DNA of 64,000 nt, from contig CAWIGG010000002.1 of assembly GCA_963835575.1 (NCBI GenBank), positions 1,376,001-1,440,000 on the forward strand, written 5' to 3'. Position numbers and translations under genes: made by a program. Below, in pieces: positions 28,211 to 39,069 of this stretch (within the stretch, counting starts at the first letter, position 1; each line of letters opens with the position of its first letter). A model generated the notes under the pieces. It saw nothing but the letters and a program-made list of their open reading frames with translations, was not told the origin of the DNA and did not search any database. This DNA comes from an uncultured Spirochaetota bacterium. GTDB lineage: Bacteria > Spirochaetota > Brevinematia > Brevinematales > JAOACQ01.

Positions 28211-31200
28211 ATGGGCTCAGTCAGAAAAAGAGATCCTTTACGCCCCACAATCGGACTCATGATTGACGATCTGGACGGTGATTATCAGCTGACAATCTGG
28301 GCGGGCGTTGAGGAAGCCGCAAAAGAAGCCGATGTCAATGTCATCTGCTTTTTAGGCGGCGAGGTTGAATCCACTTATGAAACCCGCCATTTGTATAATT
28401 CCATATATAATCTTATTTCCCCTGAAAGCCTTGACGGGCTTATTGTCGTCTCGACCGTACTGGCCACCTATATCGGTAATGAAAGGCTGAGGGAATACTG
28501 TAAAAGGTTTGAACCCCTCCCGATGGTAAGCCTGGGCTTCCGCCTGAAAGGCATGAATTCCATCATTGTCGATAATCAATTCGGGCTTAAAGCGATTATG
28601 AACCATCTTATCGAGGACCATGGCTACCGCAAGTTTTTATTCCTCGCCGGCACGGCGAATAACGCGGACGCCGCCGAGCGGAAAAGGATTTTCATCGACT
28701 CACTCAAGGCGCACCATATTCCGGTTAATAAGGATTTGATAAAGCAGGGCGAATTTCGCCCGGGCCCCGCTTATAAGATCATCAACGAGCTTCTTGATCA
28801 GAAATACGAATTTGAGGCCATAGTAGCGGCAAATGATGAAATGGCGCATGGGGCCATGAAAGCCCTTCTGGACAGGAACATTATACTTCCCGAGCATGCG
28901 GCCATAACCGGATTTGATGATATCAAAAGCTCGCGTTTTATGGTCCTGCCTCTGACGACGGTCCGTCAGCCGACATTTGAAATGTCGAAAAAAGCGATGG
29001 AATTGCTGTTAAAAAAAATAAGGAAAGAAAAGATCCCTGAACTGGAGATGTTTAAAACCGAGGTTGTGATCCGTCGTTCATGCGGCTGTTTTTCCAATGA
29101 GGCAATCCAGGCGGGAATTACCGAAGAAAAATCCACGGAAAATATAACTAAAAAAGATTTTACTAAAATAAAGGAAACAATTTTAAAAGAAATTCTCACT
29201 AACGGTTCACAGAATCTCCTGAAAACAAAAAGATTATGGTTTGAAACCATACTCGACTCGTTTTATAAGGAAATCAGCGGCAGCCGGCAGAACAATAATT
29301 TTCTTCCCCTGCTGGATAAAATCCTCAGACAGTCTTCACTTGCGGGCATAGATGATTCTATCTGGGAAAATTTTATATCTGTTTTGAGAAAAACTGTTGT
29401 TCCTCATTATGCCGGACAATACTCTGTCCTTATCAAAGCTGAAAATTTATTTCACCAGGCCAGAGTCATGATAAAAGATATGGCGAAGCGTGTTCAATCC
29501 AATATCAGGTTCAGCCTGGCGGAAAAAACAAGGACCCTGCAGTTCGTCATTGATACATTCATCGGCTCTTTTGATATTCAGACGCTTCTTAATAATCTGG
29601 CGGCAGAGCTTCCCAGGATCGGCGTTAAAAGCTGTTCCCTTTCCATGCACACATCCGAAAGCAAGATGTTCCAGGAAGCCCGGCTTATTATGGCTTATAA
29701 TGAAAAAGAAAGGCTTGAAATTGGTGAAGACGGGTATATTTACCCGGCCAGGCATATATTCCCCCGCAATAAAATCAAACCTAAAAAACGTTACAATATC
29801 ATCCTTGAGCCTCTTATTTTCAGAAATGAACAGCTTGGGTTTATCTCCATGGAGATGAACCCTCTGGAAGGTATTCAGAGCCTTGCTTTGAGCGAACAGA
29901 TCCGAAGCGCGTTAAAAGCCTCTAAAATGATGCAGGAAATGAAAGCAAAAGATAAAGAGCTTTCCGAACTGGACAGGCTTAAGAATGATTTCATAGCCAA
30001 TATCACTCATGATTTCCGGTCGCATATCACGATTGTCCTCAATTCGGCCGAGCTAGGAATGCGGTATGACAGCCCGGACAATTTCACCGAAATCATCCAG
30101 CGTTATAATACCATTTATAACGCGTCGCTGAAACTCAAGATGACGATTGACAGGCTTCTCGATCTGGCGAAAATGGACGCGCATGGGATTAAATTAAAAA
30201 TACAAAAGCTGGATGTTAAATCTTATTTAAAAAATATAGTCCATTTCTATCAATCGGCCTGCGTTTCTTCTCAGATAAAAATACAGTGCCGGCTTCCCGC
30301 CAATGATATTGATAATTTTTATACAGATCTCGATAAACTGGAAGAAATCATGCATAATCTGATTTCCAATGCTTTGAAATTTGTTGATCCGAATAAGGGC
30401 ATCATAACCATTTCACTCATAGATAACGGATCATCGATTGAAATAATCGTATCGGATAACGGGATCGGCATACCCAGGGACAAACTCAGCGTCATATTCG
30501 GAAGATTCGAACAGCTTGAAGACGGCAGGAACAGTAAATATAAAGGCACCGGCATCGGCCTTGCTTTTGCCAAGGAGTTGACAGGATATCTCAGGGGTTC
30601 CATCCGGGCGGAGTCGAACGGGCCCGGCAAAGGCGCCAGTTTCATTCTGGAACTGAAAAAAGACAAAAATATTTACAGCGACCTGGAAATCATAGAAGAC
30701 AATGAAATCCAAAATGCCGTTTCACTAAAACGGAACCAATTTCAAACAATCGTTGAATCCAATCTGAAAGATAACCTCCAGATAAAAGAAATCTCGACGC
30801 ATTTTACTAATCTGAACGGCGAAAATGAATTTAATCCACAAAAAGGAGTCATACTTATAGCCGACGATGATCCCGTCATCCTGGAGATTGTAAAGGAGTA
30901 CCTGAAAAAAGCCGGTTATGAAAATTTTATTACCGCGTCTAACGGAAAAGACGGCCTGGAAGCCATATACCAATATAAACCGGATTTAATCATCTGCGAT
31001 TATAATATGCCTAAAATGCATGGGGATGAAATGCAGGACATCATCATATCAAACCAGTTTTTAAAAAGAATACCGGTCCTGTTCCTGACAGCTATAAGCG
31101 ATAAATACCTGATGCTTGAACGCAAGAAAAAAGGCGCGCTCACGATCCTGAACAAACCGCTGGATGAATATGAACTGCTGGTTAATGTGGAAATCTATTT

Positions 31201-31831
31201 GAAGAAACATATGGAATATTTACAGCTCCTGAGCCAGGCGTCTTTAGATGAATTGACAGGACTGGCGAATAAACCTGCCATTTTTCAGTTTTTAACAGAC
31301 CAGCTGATGATCCGCGCCTATCACAGCCTTTCTTTGATTTTTGTGGATATTGACCGGTTCAAAATGTTTAATTCAACTTACGGCTATCCGGCGGGCGACA
31401 TATTCCTCTCTCATATAGGAAAATTAATCAAGGATTCAATCAGAAATTATGACAGGGCCGGGTTCTATGGAGGAGGGAAATTCTTGATAATACTGCCTGA
31501 AGCCGGCATCAATGAAGCCTGTTCAGTCGCTGAAAAACTTCAGTCGATGTTAAAAAGTTCCCCGGTCACGATTGGTAATAAAAAGAAAACTGTTACTGTC
31601 AGTTTTGGAATATCATCTTTAATGGACAACAGCAGGGCCATCTGCGAATCGCTGAAAATAGAAAATCTGAGGAATATATTCGAAGCGGAAGATATAAAAA
31701 GCGCCGATTGGGAATTTATCAATAAAATAAAGAAAGAAATAAGGGAATTACTCATAGATATGGCTGATAAAGCATTAATTGAGGCGAAAAAAAGCGGCAG
31801 GGACAAAATAGTTTCTTTTCACCAATTTTAA
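28211..31831 (+). CDS. LacI-type sugar-binding sensor / histidine kinase / receiver / degenerate GGDEF hybrid
   Basis: AIVAANDEMA, ITGFDD, LTTVRQP, RRSCGC; THDFRS, NLISNALKF, DNGIGI, GTGIGL; ICDYNMP; DELTGL, DIDRFK, YGGGKF. Confidence 0.9.
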   Translation: MGSVRKRDPLRPTIGLMIDDLDGDYQLTIWAGVEEAAKEADVNVICFLGGEVESTYETRHLYNSIYNLISPESLDGLIVVSTVLATYIGNERLREYCKRFEPLPMVSLGFRLKGMNSIIVDNQFGLKAIMNHLIEDHGYRKFLFLAGTANNADAAERKRIFIDSLKAHHIPVNKDLIKQGEFRPGPAYKIINELLDQKYEFEAIVAANDEMAHGAMKALLDRNIILPEHAAITGFDDIKSSRFMVLPLTTVRQPTFEMSKKAMELLLKKIRKEKIPELEMFKTEVVIRRSCGCFSNEAIQAGITEEKSTENITKKDFTKIKETILKEILTNGSQNLLKTKRLWFETILDSFYKEISGSRQNNNFLPLLDKILRQSSLAGIDDSIWENFISVLRKTVVPHYAGQYSVLIKAENLFHQARVMIKDMAKRVQSNIRFSLAEKTRTLQFVIDTFIGSFDIQTLLNNLAAELPRIGVKSCSLSMHTSESKMFQEARLIMAYNEKERLEIGEDGYIYPARHIFPRNKIKPKKRYNIILEPLIFRNEQLGFISMEMNPLEGIQSLALSEQIRSALKASKMMQEMKAKDKELSELDRLKNDFIANITHDFRSHITIVLNSAELGMRYDSPDNFTEIIQRYNTIYNASLKLKMTIDRLLDLAKMDAHGIKLKIQKLDVKSYLKNIVHFYQSACVSSQIKIQCRLPANDIDNFYTDLDKLEEIMHNLISNALKFVDPNKGIITISLIDNGSSIEIIVSDNGIGIPRDKLSVIFGRFEQLEDGRNSKYKGTGIGLAFAKELTGYLRGSIRAESNGPGKGASFILELKKDKNIYSDLEIIEDNEIQNAVSLKRNQFQTIVESNLKDNLQIKEISTHFTNLNGENEFNPQKGVILIADDDPVILEIVKEYLKKAGYENFITASNGKDGLEAIYQYKPDLIICDYNMPKMHGDEMQDIIISNQFLKRIPVLFLTAISDKYLMLERKKKGALTILNKPLDEYELLVNVEIYLKKHMEYLQLLSQASLDELTGLANKPAIFQFLTDQLMIRAYHSLSLIFVDIDRFKMFNSTYGYPAGDIFLSHIGKLIKDSIRNYDRAGFYGGGKFLIILPEAGINEACSVAEKLQSMLKSSPVTIGNKKKTVTVSFGISSLMDNSRAICESLKIENLRNIFEAEDIKSADWEFINKIKKEIRELLIDMADKALIEAKKSGRDKIVSFHQF

Positions 31832-31894
31832 ATGGAATTATCAATCCCTCTGATCACCCGACGGCGGCAGGCGGAACAAATATTTGCCGGCTGA

Positions 31895-33451
31895 TTAAAT
31901 GTAATCATAAAGATATGACCATATCTCTTTTTTCGGATCTTCAAACTGGTTCCGGATCTTTGAAAAACTGACCGGGTTTACAATGGACATGGATTCTTTT
32001 GATAAATCCAGTTTATACGGTTTTATTTTATTCAGCTTTTCATCCAGGAACACGATCACCACGGGCTTATCCAAAGAAGATTTGTTCACTCCGGCGACCA
32101 TTCCTATCTTTTCATCTTTAAGAAACACCCAGGTCCCGACCGGGTACATGGAGGCCGCCCGGATAAAAGCGTAAACCACATCCCCGTCAAATTTGTTCCT
32201 TTCATTATTCAATAGGTTCATTAAAAAAGCCCGCGGGTTCTGCTGCCTGTCATAAAACGGGTTAACAGTTGTCGATTCGACAAAATATTCGGCAAACATC
32301 AGTACCGGCGTGTATCTGGAAAAAAAGCGGGGAAGCAATCCGTTCGGCACTCCGGAACCGTCAAAACGCTCATTATGCTGATATATCGTGCTCTGAACTT
32401 CAAAATTAACATCAAGCTTCTTTGAAATATGGAAACCTTCGCTGGAATGAAGAGCGTTTATAGTCTGGTCCTGGAGGTTGAATTTATAACTTGAAGCCAG
32501 GTTCGGAATATTCTTTTTAAAGCTGATATCATGAAGAAAAGCCGCTATGCCGACGTTGATCATATCTTCCAGTGAAAAGAATTTTTTACCGAGCGCCGTA
32601 AACATCTCAAGATCGTTATCTTTCATAACAGATGTTTTTTCCTGCACCATTTTTGTCAATTCAATGGCCGTGATGAGGGCGACAATGACCACCTGCAGGG
32701 AATGATTGGACAGGAAATCATTATAATTCTCTTCCTTAAAAACCCTGGCCAGCAGTCCGCAGGACAATTTATAACCGATGTCGCTTAGTAAATCGGCCAG
32801 AATATCTTCCACAAAAGAACTGTAAACCATCTGGTTGTTAATGACCGCGTTTAAAAATATCTCCGTGTTTTTTTCATAATTTTCCATTTTTTTTATTAAA
32901 TCCGCGGCTGACAACGCTTCGACTTTTTCCAGCCCTTCCAGGTCCGCAGAAGAAATGGAATGATCATTAATGACTTTCATAGCGTCTTCTATAAATTGAA
33001 TACTGCTCTTTTTCAGCACATTATTAAACCTGGCCTTATGCTTTTCCTGATTTTCATTGATCTTTTCCTGATAATTTTCGCCTCTGATCAGCTCTTTTTT
33101 CAATTCCACCAATTCTTTCAATTTAACGGAGACATTGCTGTCCGTCATCGATGAGAGTTTTTGTTCCTTAGTCAGGTCCTTCTGCGCGATTTCCTTTTTA
33201 ATGCTGTTCTTGTGAATATCCTTGATTGACGAATTCAATTCATCATCGCTTTTGATATTCTCCGTTTCCAGTAAAAAGACATGGACCTTTGGAATATTCA
33301 GCAAGATAATTTTCTGGATATCCATTAATGACAGGACGTGACCTTTGGATAAGCCGCATAGACCGATGCTTTCGCTGAGAACATAGCCAGGCTTCAATTC
33401 ACTGACCTGTACTTCCCTGAGATTCCTCGAAGACTTATCTTTTGTTACCAT
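31895..33451 (-). CDS. HD-GYP-like domain protein
   Basis: NHSLQV, FLHDI, QHNERFDGSGVP, MYPVGTWV C-terminal module. Confidence 0.82.
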   Translation of the reverse strand: MVTKDKSSRNLREVQVSELKPGYVLSESIGLCGLSKGHVLSLMDIQKIILLNIPKVHVFLLETENIKSDDELNSSIKDIHKNSIKKEIAQKDLTKEQKLSSMTDSNVSVKLKELVELKKELIRGENYQEKINENQEKHKARFNNVLKKSSIQFIEDAMKVINDHSISSADLEGLEKVEALSAADLIKKMENYEKNTEIFLNAVINNQMVYSSFVEDILADLLSDIGYKLSCGLLARVFKEENYNDFLSNHSLQVVIVALITAIELTKMVQEKTSVMKDNDLEMFTALGKKFFSLEDMINVGIAAFLHDISFKKNIPNLASSYKFNLQDQTINALHSSEGFHISKKLDVNFEVQSTIYQHNERFDGSGVPNGLLPRFFSRYTPVLMFAEYFVESTTVNPFYDRQQNPRAFLMNLLNNERNKFDGDVVYAFIRAASMYPVGTWVFLKDEKIGMVAGVNKSSLDKPVVIVFLDEKLNKIKPYKLDLSKESMSIVNPVSFSKIRNQFEDPKKEIWSYLYDYI

Positions 33452-33776
33452 ATCCGCCTCTCCGTTTCCATATTAGCCCCATTAAAATACATCTTTCCAA
33501 TACGGAATAAAGAGGGAAACCCCATTACATACCCCAATATAAAACGCTGTAACCAATTCATCAAAAATAAAAGTTTCTGATTGTTTTTTAAATTGCTGTT
33601 GACGGAATTTTTAATAGACGCGAAATATTATTGATCAATTTTCAATATTCTACATCTAAATAATTAAAAATGCAATAGAAAACAGGAAAATATTTTTTAT
33701 AAGGAAATTTCCTTATAAATCCTTATATTTTGACTTTTAATAGGCTTTTTTTCTTTAAAAAGAAAGGGAAAAGGGT

Positions 33777-34435
33777 GGCGGCACAGCCTTCGGCTGTGAC
33801 ACGCTGCAGGATCGTCCGCCGGCAGGAAGCAACGACCGGAATTGTTTTTTTTAATTTTTGATCAAGATAAATTATAGAGCATCTTTATTTTTAAAACAGT
33901 TCGCTAATTTGCTCCAGCGGCTTGGGCTGCAGCCATTCGCGGCCGCACGCAGGTAACTCACCTGCCTCTTGTAAGCTTTTTTCAGAAGATTCTCTTATTT
34001 GCCCGTCTTGATTCTTTCAATCCGACAAGAGGCAGGTGAGTTACCTGCGTTTAAGCCGGCCTGCTCCCTTCGATGCGCTTCGCTTACTCAGGGCAGGCAT
34101 GGGCAGCCCTACGCCGCTTCCGCAATAAGCTAATAATTATTTTCAATCCTTTATTATGTTGATGTGATGATCAAAATTTAAAAAAAAACAATTCCGGCCT
34201 CAGCAGGGAGCGACCGCCGGCGGACGATAAAGTAAATGAAAATAATAATAAACAAAGGAATTTTATCTAAGAAGCGTCACTTCGATGAACTCAGTGCAAG
34301 AGAGATGAAAATTTCCTTCGCCGCTGGTTATAGTGTGAAGCAATGGTTCGGCAGGCTCACCATGGCGTCTGTCTGCACAGACACATCACTTCTTAGATAC
34401 CAAAAACCATTTTTAAACCTGTTGATTGACAAACG
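33777..34435. repeat. Long foldback element, copy A
   Basis: Nested inverted repeats 33811-33823/34216-34228, 33836-33864/34168-34197 and a perfect 26 bp pair 33947-33972/34025-34050; homologous to 39070-39610. Confidence 0.85.
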
Positions 34436-34525
34436 TAAAGTGAGTATCTGAATATATGCAGGAATACTCTTGACTTTAGTATTTTAAATATTTAGCTTCC
34501 TTTATATAAGTAAAGGAGCAGATAT

Positions 34526-35011
34526 ATGCAAAAGATCACCCCATTCCTCTGGTTCGATAATCAAGCCGAAGAGGCTGTTAATTTTTATGTGTCGATTTTT
34601 AAAAATTCAAAAATTGGAAGCGTTTCCCGTTATGGAGATGAAGGGACGGAGGTCTCCGGAAAGCCGAAGGGAACGGTCATGTCAGTCACATTCCAGCTCG
34701 ACGGGCAGGAATTCACGGCGTTGAACGGCGGCCCTCAATTCTCTTTCACGCCGGCCATATCTTTCTTTGTGAACTGCAAAACGCAGGAGGAAGTTGACGA
34801 GCTGTGGGAAAAGCTTTCCGAAGGCGGTGAGAAAGTACAATGCGGCTGGCTTAAAGACAAATACGGCATATCATGGCAGATCGTTCCGACTATTCTAGGC
34901 AAGCTTCTGAAGGACAAGGACCCTGAAAAATCGAAAAGGGTCATGACAGTCATGCTGAAAATGACTAAACTTGATATTGATGCTTTAAAGAAAGCATACA
35001 ACAACAACTAG
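34526..35011 (+). CDS. VOC / PhnB-like (3-demethylubiquinone-9 3-methyltransferase domain) protein
   Basis: [41 protein letters not shown]. Confidence 0.93.
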   Translation: MQKITPFLWFDNQAEEAVNFYVSIFKNSKIGSVSRYGDEGTEVSGKPKGTVMSVTFQLDGQEFTALNGGPQFSFTPAISFFVNCKTQEEVDELWEKLSEGGEKVQCGWLKDKYGISWQIVPTILGKLLKDKDPEKSKRVMTVMLKMTKLDIDALKKAYNNN

Positions 35012-35101
35012 TGCCTATGGCTATGCCGCACTGCCAGATTGTACCCCGGTAGTAAGCAATGGCAGATAAAATACTTTTCTGGACACTGATAATTAATTTA
35101 T

Positions 35102-35317
35102 GGGCAGTTCCTCCCTCACCATTTTGGATTGCTTCAAGGTGGGCTTACAAAATGGTGAGGGATGGAACTGCCCCAGTTAAGAAATTCCTTGTAAATGTAA
35201 ATGGCGCTGCCGCATAGAATTCGCTGGCAAGTGATTTTTTTTGGCAGCGAACTCGAGCGGCCGCATGATCTAAAACAAGGTCGGCAGTTCTAAAAATGTG
35301 AGTTTTTAGAACTGCCC
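35102..35317. mobile_element. MITE/REPIN-like element, copy 1
   Basis: Ends GGGCAGTTC...GAACTGCCC, a hairpin at each end, interior colinear with 57895-58098. Confidence 0.8.
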
Positions 35318-35558
35318 TTTAAAATAATCACACATACGCTCAGAGGGTTTATTTTGCAACCGCTCACGGGTACATACGCAAGGAGAAGTTTGCGGCTCAA
35401 CTGCGCCGGGCCTCACACATGTGACAGTCCCCGGCGGACAAAAATATTTCAATAAACTTTCTTAATTTTATTGATAATAGGATTTGGGATAAAATACCTA
35501 TTGCCAGCTCTTCAATAATAATATAAGATATTATGAAAATTTAAATGGGGATTTTATT

Positions 35559-36407
35559 ATGAGTACGGAAATCTATTATTTTTCAGGGACGGGAAATTCG
35601 CTGGTTGTCGCGCGGGGAATAGCGGAGCAAACAAAAGGGAAACTGATCCCAATCGCTTCCATGGTTGATAAAAAAGCAGTCATGCCAAAAGCCGATAGTT
35701 TCGGTATCGTGTTTCCGGTCTATTATGTGGATATTCCCGTTATCATCAGAAAATTTGCAGAAAAACTGGATAATATCAAAGATAAGTACCTGTTCGCGGT
35801 ATGCACCTATGGGGGCGGAGCAGGGAATTCATTTAACAGCTTAAGCAGGATCATCCGATCGCGCAGAGGCGAACTTTCCGCTATGTTCGGCGTTCATATG
35901 CCGCAAAACGGATTTTTCAAACCCTGGGAAAAGCATCAGGTAATTTTTCAAAAAAGCAAAAAGAAGCTTAAAACAATCAGCAGGATGATTAATCTTAAGA
36001 AAAAAGGAATGCCTTTATCCGGTGCGCTGGCGCAGATCATTCTTTATCCCATTCAAATATTAAGCGAATCCGCTTTTAGAAGCTGGATCGTAAAAGCATC
36101 CGGCATATCAGATCGGCCGAATGAAGAACTGATCGGGCGGCTAGACAAGGATTACAGTACAAATGATAACTGCAGCGGCTGTGGGATATGCGTTCAGGTT
36201 TGCCCTGTCAATAACATAAAAATGGCAGACAAAAAGCCAGTGTGGCTGAACCATTGCGAGACCTGCCTGGCTTGCTATCACTGGTGTCCTATGAAAGCCA
36301 TTCAGGGTGGAATTTCTCCTTATAAAAATCAATTTTTTTATCATCATCCAGATATTAAAATTTCAGATATCATTAAACAGAAACAAGCTGTAAGTAATAT
36401 CATATGA
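35559..36407 (+). CDS. EFR1-family flavodoxin-ferredoxin fusion
   Basis: YYFSGTGNS, FPVY, HMPQN, CSGCGICVQVCP, CETCLACYHWCP. Confidence 0.9.
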   Translation: MSTEIYYFSGTGNSLVVARGIAEQTKGKLIPIASMVDKKAVMPKADSFGIVFPVYYVDIPVIIRKFAEKLDNIKDKYLFAVCTYGGGAGNSFNSLSRIIRSRRGELSAMFGVHMPQNGFFKPWEKHQVIFQKSKKKLKTISRMINLKKKGMPLSGALAQIILYPIQILSESAFRSWIVKASGISDRPNEELIGRLDKDYSTNDNCSGCGICVQVCPVNNIKMADKKPVWLNHCETCLACYHWCPMKAIQGGISPYKNQFFYHHPDIKISDIIKQKQAVSNII

Positions 36408-36424
36408 AAGAATGACTGGGTAAA

Positions 36425-36460
36425 CGTCCTTTCTTTCTTTTAAAAAAGAAAGAAAGGACG
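36425..36460. terminator. Hairpin between convergent genes
   Basis: CGTCCTTTCTTTCTTTT-AA-AAAAGAAAGAAAGGACG. Confidence 0.55.
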
Positions 36461-36489
36461 CATTAAACAAACTCTTCAACGTGAATTCA

Positions 36490-37116
36490 TTAATTATTAA
36501 AGCTCATATTAAGCTCCGCCGCTCCGATGATCTTGTCATTTATGGCAGCCATCATTTCATCGAGAGTGAACCCGTCTTTAAGCCCCGAGGGTGCCGATAG
36601 GGCGTAAACCTGAAGCCTGTAGACATGGATGATAGGTCTTTTCGCGTCCTTGGGAAAATCTTTCGGCGGCTGCGGGCCCGTATAACCTATCTCACCGCGG
36701 CCGTTTTTTCCCTGTATGAAGCCTCTTGGATGGGCCGAGGCGTTGTCCTTCAATCCGCCGAGTGAGGGATTGATATCGGCGGCGATCCAGTGAATGAACG
36801 AGTCTCCCTTCATTCCATTGGCGGCCATCACCTTCTTGGCGTCCGGGTCGTCAAAGACCAGGGCGAGCGCTTTTGTTCCCGCGGGAAGGTTTTTCCATGT
36901 GAACGGGAACAACCTGGGATTCGCTTTTCCCTTATCCTTAGCGGCATAAATCGCGGCGATCCTGCCGTCCGATTTCAAACCGGAATCGAAGCCTATCTGC
37001 GGTTTTCCCTTCACTGCCGGCGACATAAGCTTGAACGGACCTTTCGAAGCCGACATCAAAAAAAGAGCTATAACCGCCAGAAAAGCAACAACAGAAAGAT
37101 TCCTCATCATTTTCAT
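36490..37116 (-). CDS. YbhB/YbcL (PEBP) family secreted protein
   Basis: Signal peptide; ALVFDDPDA, FIHW, GYTGPQPP, HVYRLQVYAL. Confidence 0.9.
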   Translation of the reverse strand: MKMMRNLSVVAFLAVIALFLMSASKGPFKLMSPAVKGKPQIGFDSGLKSDGRIAAIYAAKDKGKANPRLFPFTWKNLPAGTKALALVFDDPDAKKVMAANGMKGDSFIHWIAADINPSLGGLKDNASAHPRGFIQGKNGRGEIGYTGPQPPKDFPKDAKRPIIHVYRLQVYALSAPSGLKDGFTLDEMMAAINDKIIGAAELNMSFNN

Positions 37117-37193
37117 ATTTCCTCCTTTTATTTTCGCAGAATGTCATTTCTGCTATTTTTATTAATATAATAAAATTAGAGGTGAAATGTCAA

Positions 37194-37799
37194 CCGGCGG
37201 CATCCTGCGGGGGTTTTGTTCACTTTTCTTTTGGAAAGTCCCAATGCCTCGACAAGCTCGGCAACCGAATACCCTTTTATCTAAACAAAAAACCAGAAAG
37301 CGATGTCCCGAGCACTTCGGCGTAGCTCAGTGTAAACTCCGCCGAGGGGAAAAGGACTTTCGAGGCCATTTTCATACGAAGAGGTCGGATTGTATGGATA
37401 TGTGTTATCCGGCTTTTAGAAAATCGTTTCTTTATTACAATAGCCTCCTTATATCGCTGTCCATAGCTTTATGCGTCGGTTGCGGCATCCCCTTCGACTC
37501 CCGTTCGACTTCGCTCACGGTCGCTCAGGGCAGGCTCTGCCGCAAGCATGGGCTTCAGCTCTTTTATTATTATAGCGGATAACACGTCATTCAATCGATT
37601 AGTTTGATTTGCAGATTATGGTTTAGAGGAAAATGGCCTCGGGTACTGATATTGAATCGAATTTCTTTTTGATTATTACCCAATACTTCCTTTTAAAATA
37701 TTCCTTTATAAAGAATCAATTCCAGACATCAGCTATCATTTCGAAGGTTTGAAAACAACTCCGCCGCAGATTAACACTCGTTATTTGACAAACGGCAGG
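37194..37799. repeat. Long foldback element B containing nested REP-like hairpins
   Basis: Pairs CGAGGCCATTTTC (37361)/GAAAATGGCCTCG (37629), GTGTTATCCG/CGGATAACAC and TTGCGGCA/TGCCGCAA; right end shares AACAC(T)CGTTATTTGACAAACGGCAGG with copy C. Confidence 0.7.
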
Positions 37800-37837
37800 C
37801 GCGTATGTAATGCCCGACCGAATAGACAGGATGGCCT

Positions 37838-38968
37838 CTAAAACAGCCCTTTACGCACAACAATTGCCTTTTGCGGACAGATTTCCTGACAGCAGTAGCA
37901 CCGGATGCACTTATTGTAGTTATATACTGGCGGCTGCTTTTTATCTCCGTTCTTGAAATCAAGCGCTTTGCCTTCCACAGGGCAGGCATCGACGCATATG
38001 CCGCATTTGATGCAATTTTCTTTTATTATGAAAGGTCTGGGAAAAATGAAATTGCCGATAAACTTCGGAACCAGGTTTCTTTGATATGTTTTTTCCACAG
38101 GCTTCCGGACAACATTGAAATTTTTATTGATGAATAAATCAATAGGATCACCTAAAAGTTCTATTTCTTCTTCCTTATATGTTCCCAGGCCCGCCTGACT
38201 GCCGTAAACGTTCGTCGGCACATACTCCGGATTCATGTCTATCATTCCGGCAAATGTGGCATCCATCGCGATGGGATCGGCGGATACCATGATACAGTTC
38301 ATTTTGACGGCATCTCCGGCGCGGGGTCCGTTCCCATCCATTGCCACGATTCCATCCATAATAAAAAGGCGCATTTTTAAATTTTTATTCAGGTCCACAA
38401 GCATTTTGGCGAAGTTCAGCGGATGAGGGACCTTGACATGAAAGGCGGCCTTGTTCATACCGTAAACACAGCCGAACTGGTTTTTAATTGCGCCGGTAAT
38501 CCGGGTCAGCGCGTGGGTTTTCATCTTCGGGAGGCTGATAATGCCGTCTGTTTCGAGACATGCGTTTGCAATATCGAATTTTACCGCTGCCATACCCTGC
38601 GGATAATCTATGCTTCTGCCCTTTTCAAAATCGCCTAATTTAATGGAATAGCGCCCGGCTATTTCCGTCAAGCCGGCTTTTGTCAGGGCCGCGGAAGGTT
38701 TTTCAAACCCCGGCGAATCCCCGTACGTTACATTGACGCCGTATTCCATCAGCAATCTGACGATGCCGTTAAACACTGAAGGGTGCGTGGTGACGAGATC
38801 TTCGGGTTTTGCGGCGGCGAGAATATTCGACTTTAAAAGGATGTTTTCCCCTTTTTTAACGAACGATCCGATCCCGCCGATCAGGTCCACTCCCCTCTTT
38901 ATAGCCTCATAGACCTTCTGCTCGTCATAGCTTTCACAGCGTACAATTGCGACTTTTGATTTATTCAT
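37838..38968 (-). CDS. DUF362 domain + 4Fe-4S ferredoxin protein
   Basis: VAIVRCESYD, LLKSNIL, TTHPSV, LPKMKTH, AIKNQFG, MDGNGP; two CxxCxxCxxxCP motifs; start inferred from AGGAG RBS. Confidence 0.9.
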   Translation of the reverse strand: MNKSKVAIVRCESYDEQKVYEAIKRGVDLIGGIGSFVKKGENILLKSNILAAAKPEDLVTTHPSVFNGIVRLLMEYGVNVTYGDSPGFEKPSAALTKAGLTEIAGRYSIKLGDFEKGRSIDYPQGMAAVKFDIANACLETDGIISLPKMKTHALTRITGAIKNQFGCVYGMNKAAFHVKVPHPLNFAKMLVDLNKNLKMRLFIMDGIVAMDGNGPRAGDAVKMNCIMVSADPIAMDATFAGMIDMNPEYVPTNVYGSQAGLGTYKEEEIELLGDPIDLFINKNFNVVRKPVEKTYQRNLVPKFIGNFIFPRPFIIKENCIKCGICVDACPVEGKALDFKNGDKKQPPVYNYNKCIRCYCCQEICPQKAIVVRKGLF

Positions 38969-39069
38969 AATCTGTTTTCTCCTTATATAATTTAACATTA
39001 AATTATATTATAATAGATGAAAATCGGCAATTTTAATTTAGATGTCTGCGACTGATGAGAAAGAAAAAG

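Noticed and set aside
37187..37582. ORFs overlapping the foldback elements (also 34236-34451, 39033-39589) and the intron (12320-12988)
   Set aside because: No recognisable motifs; they are chance frames across repeats
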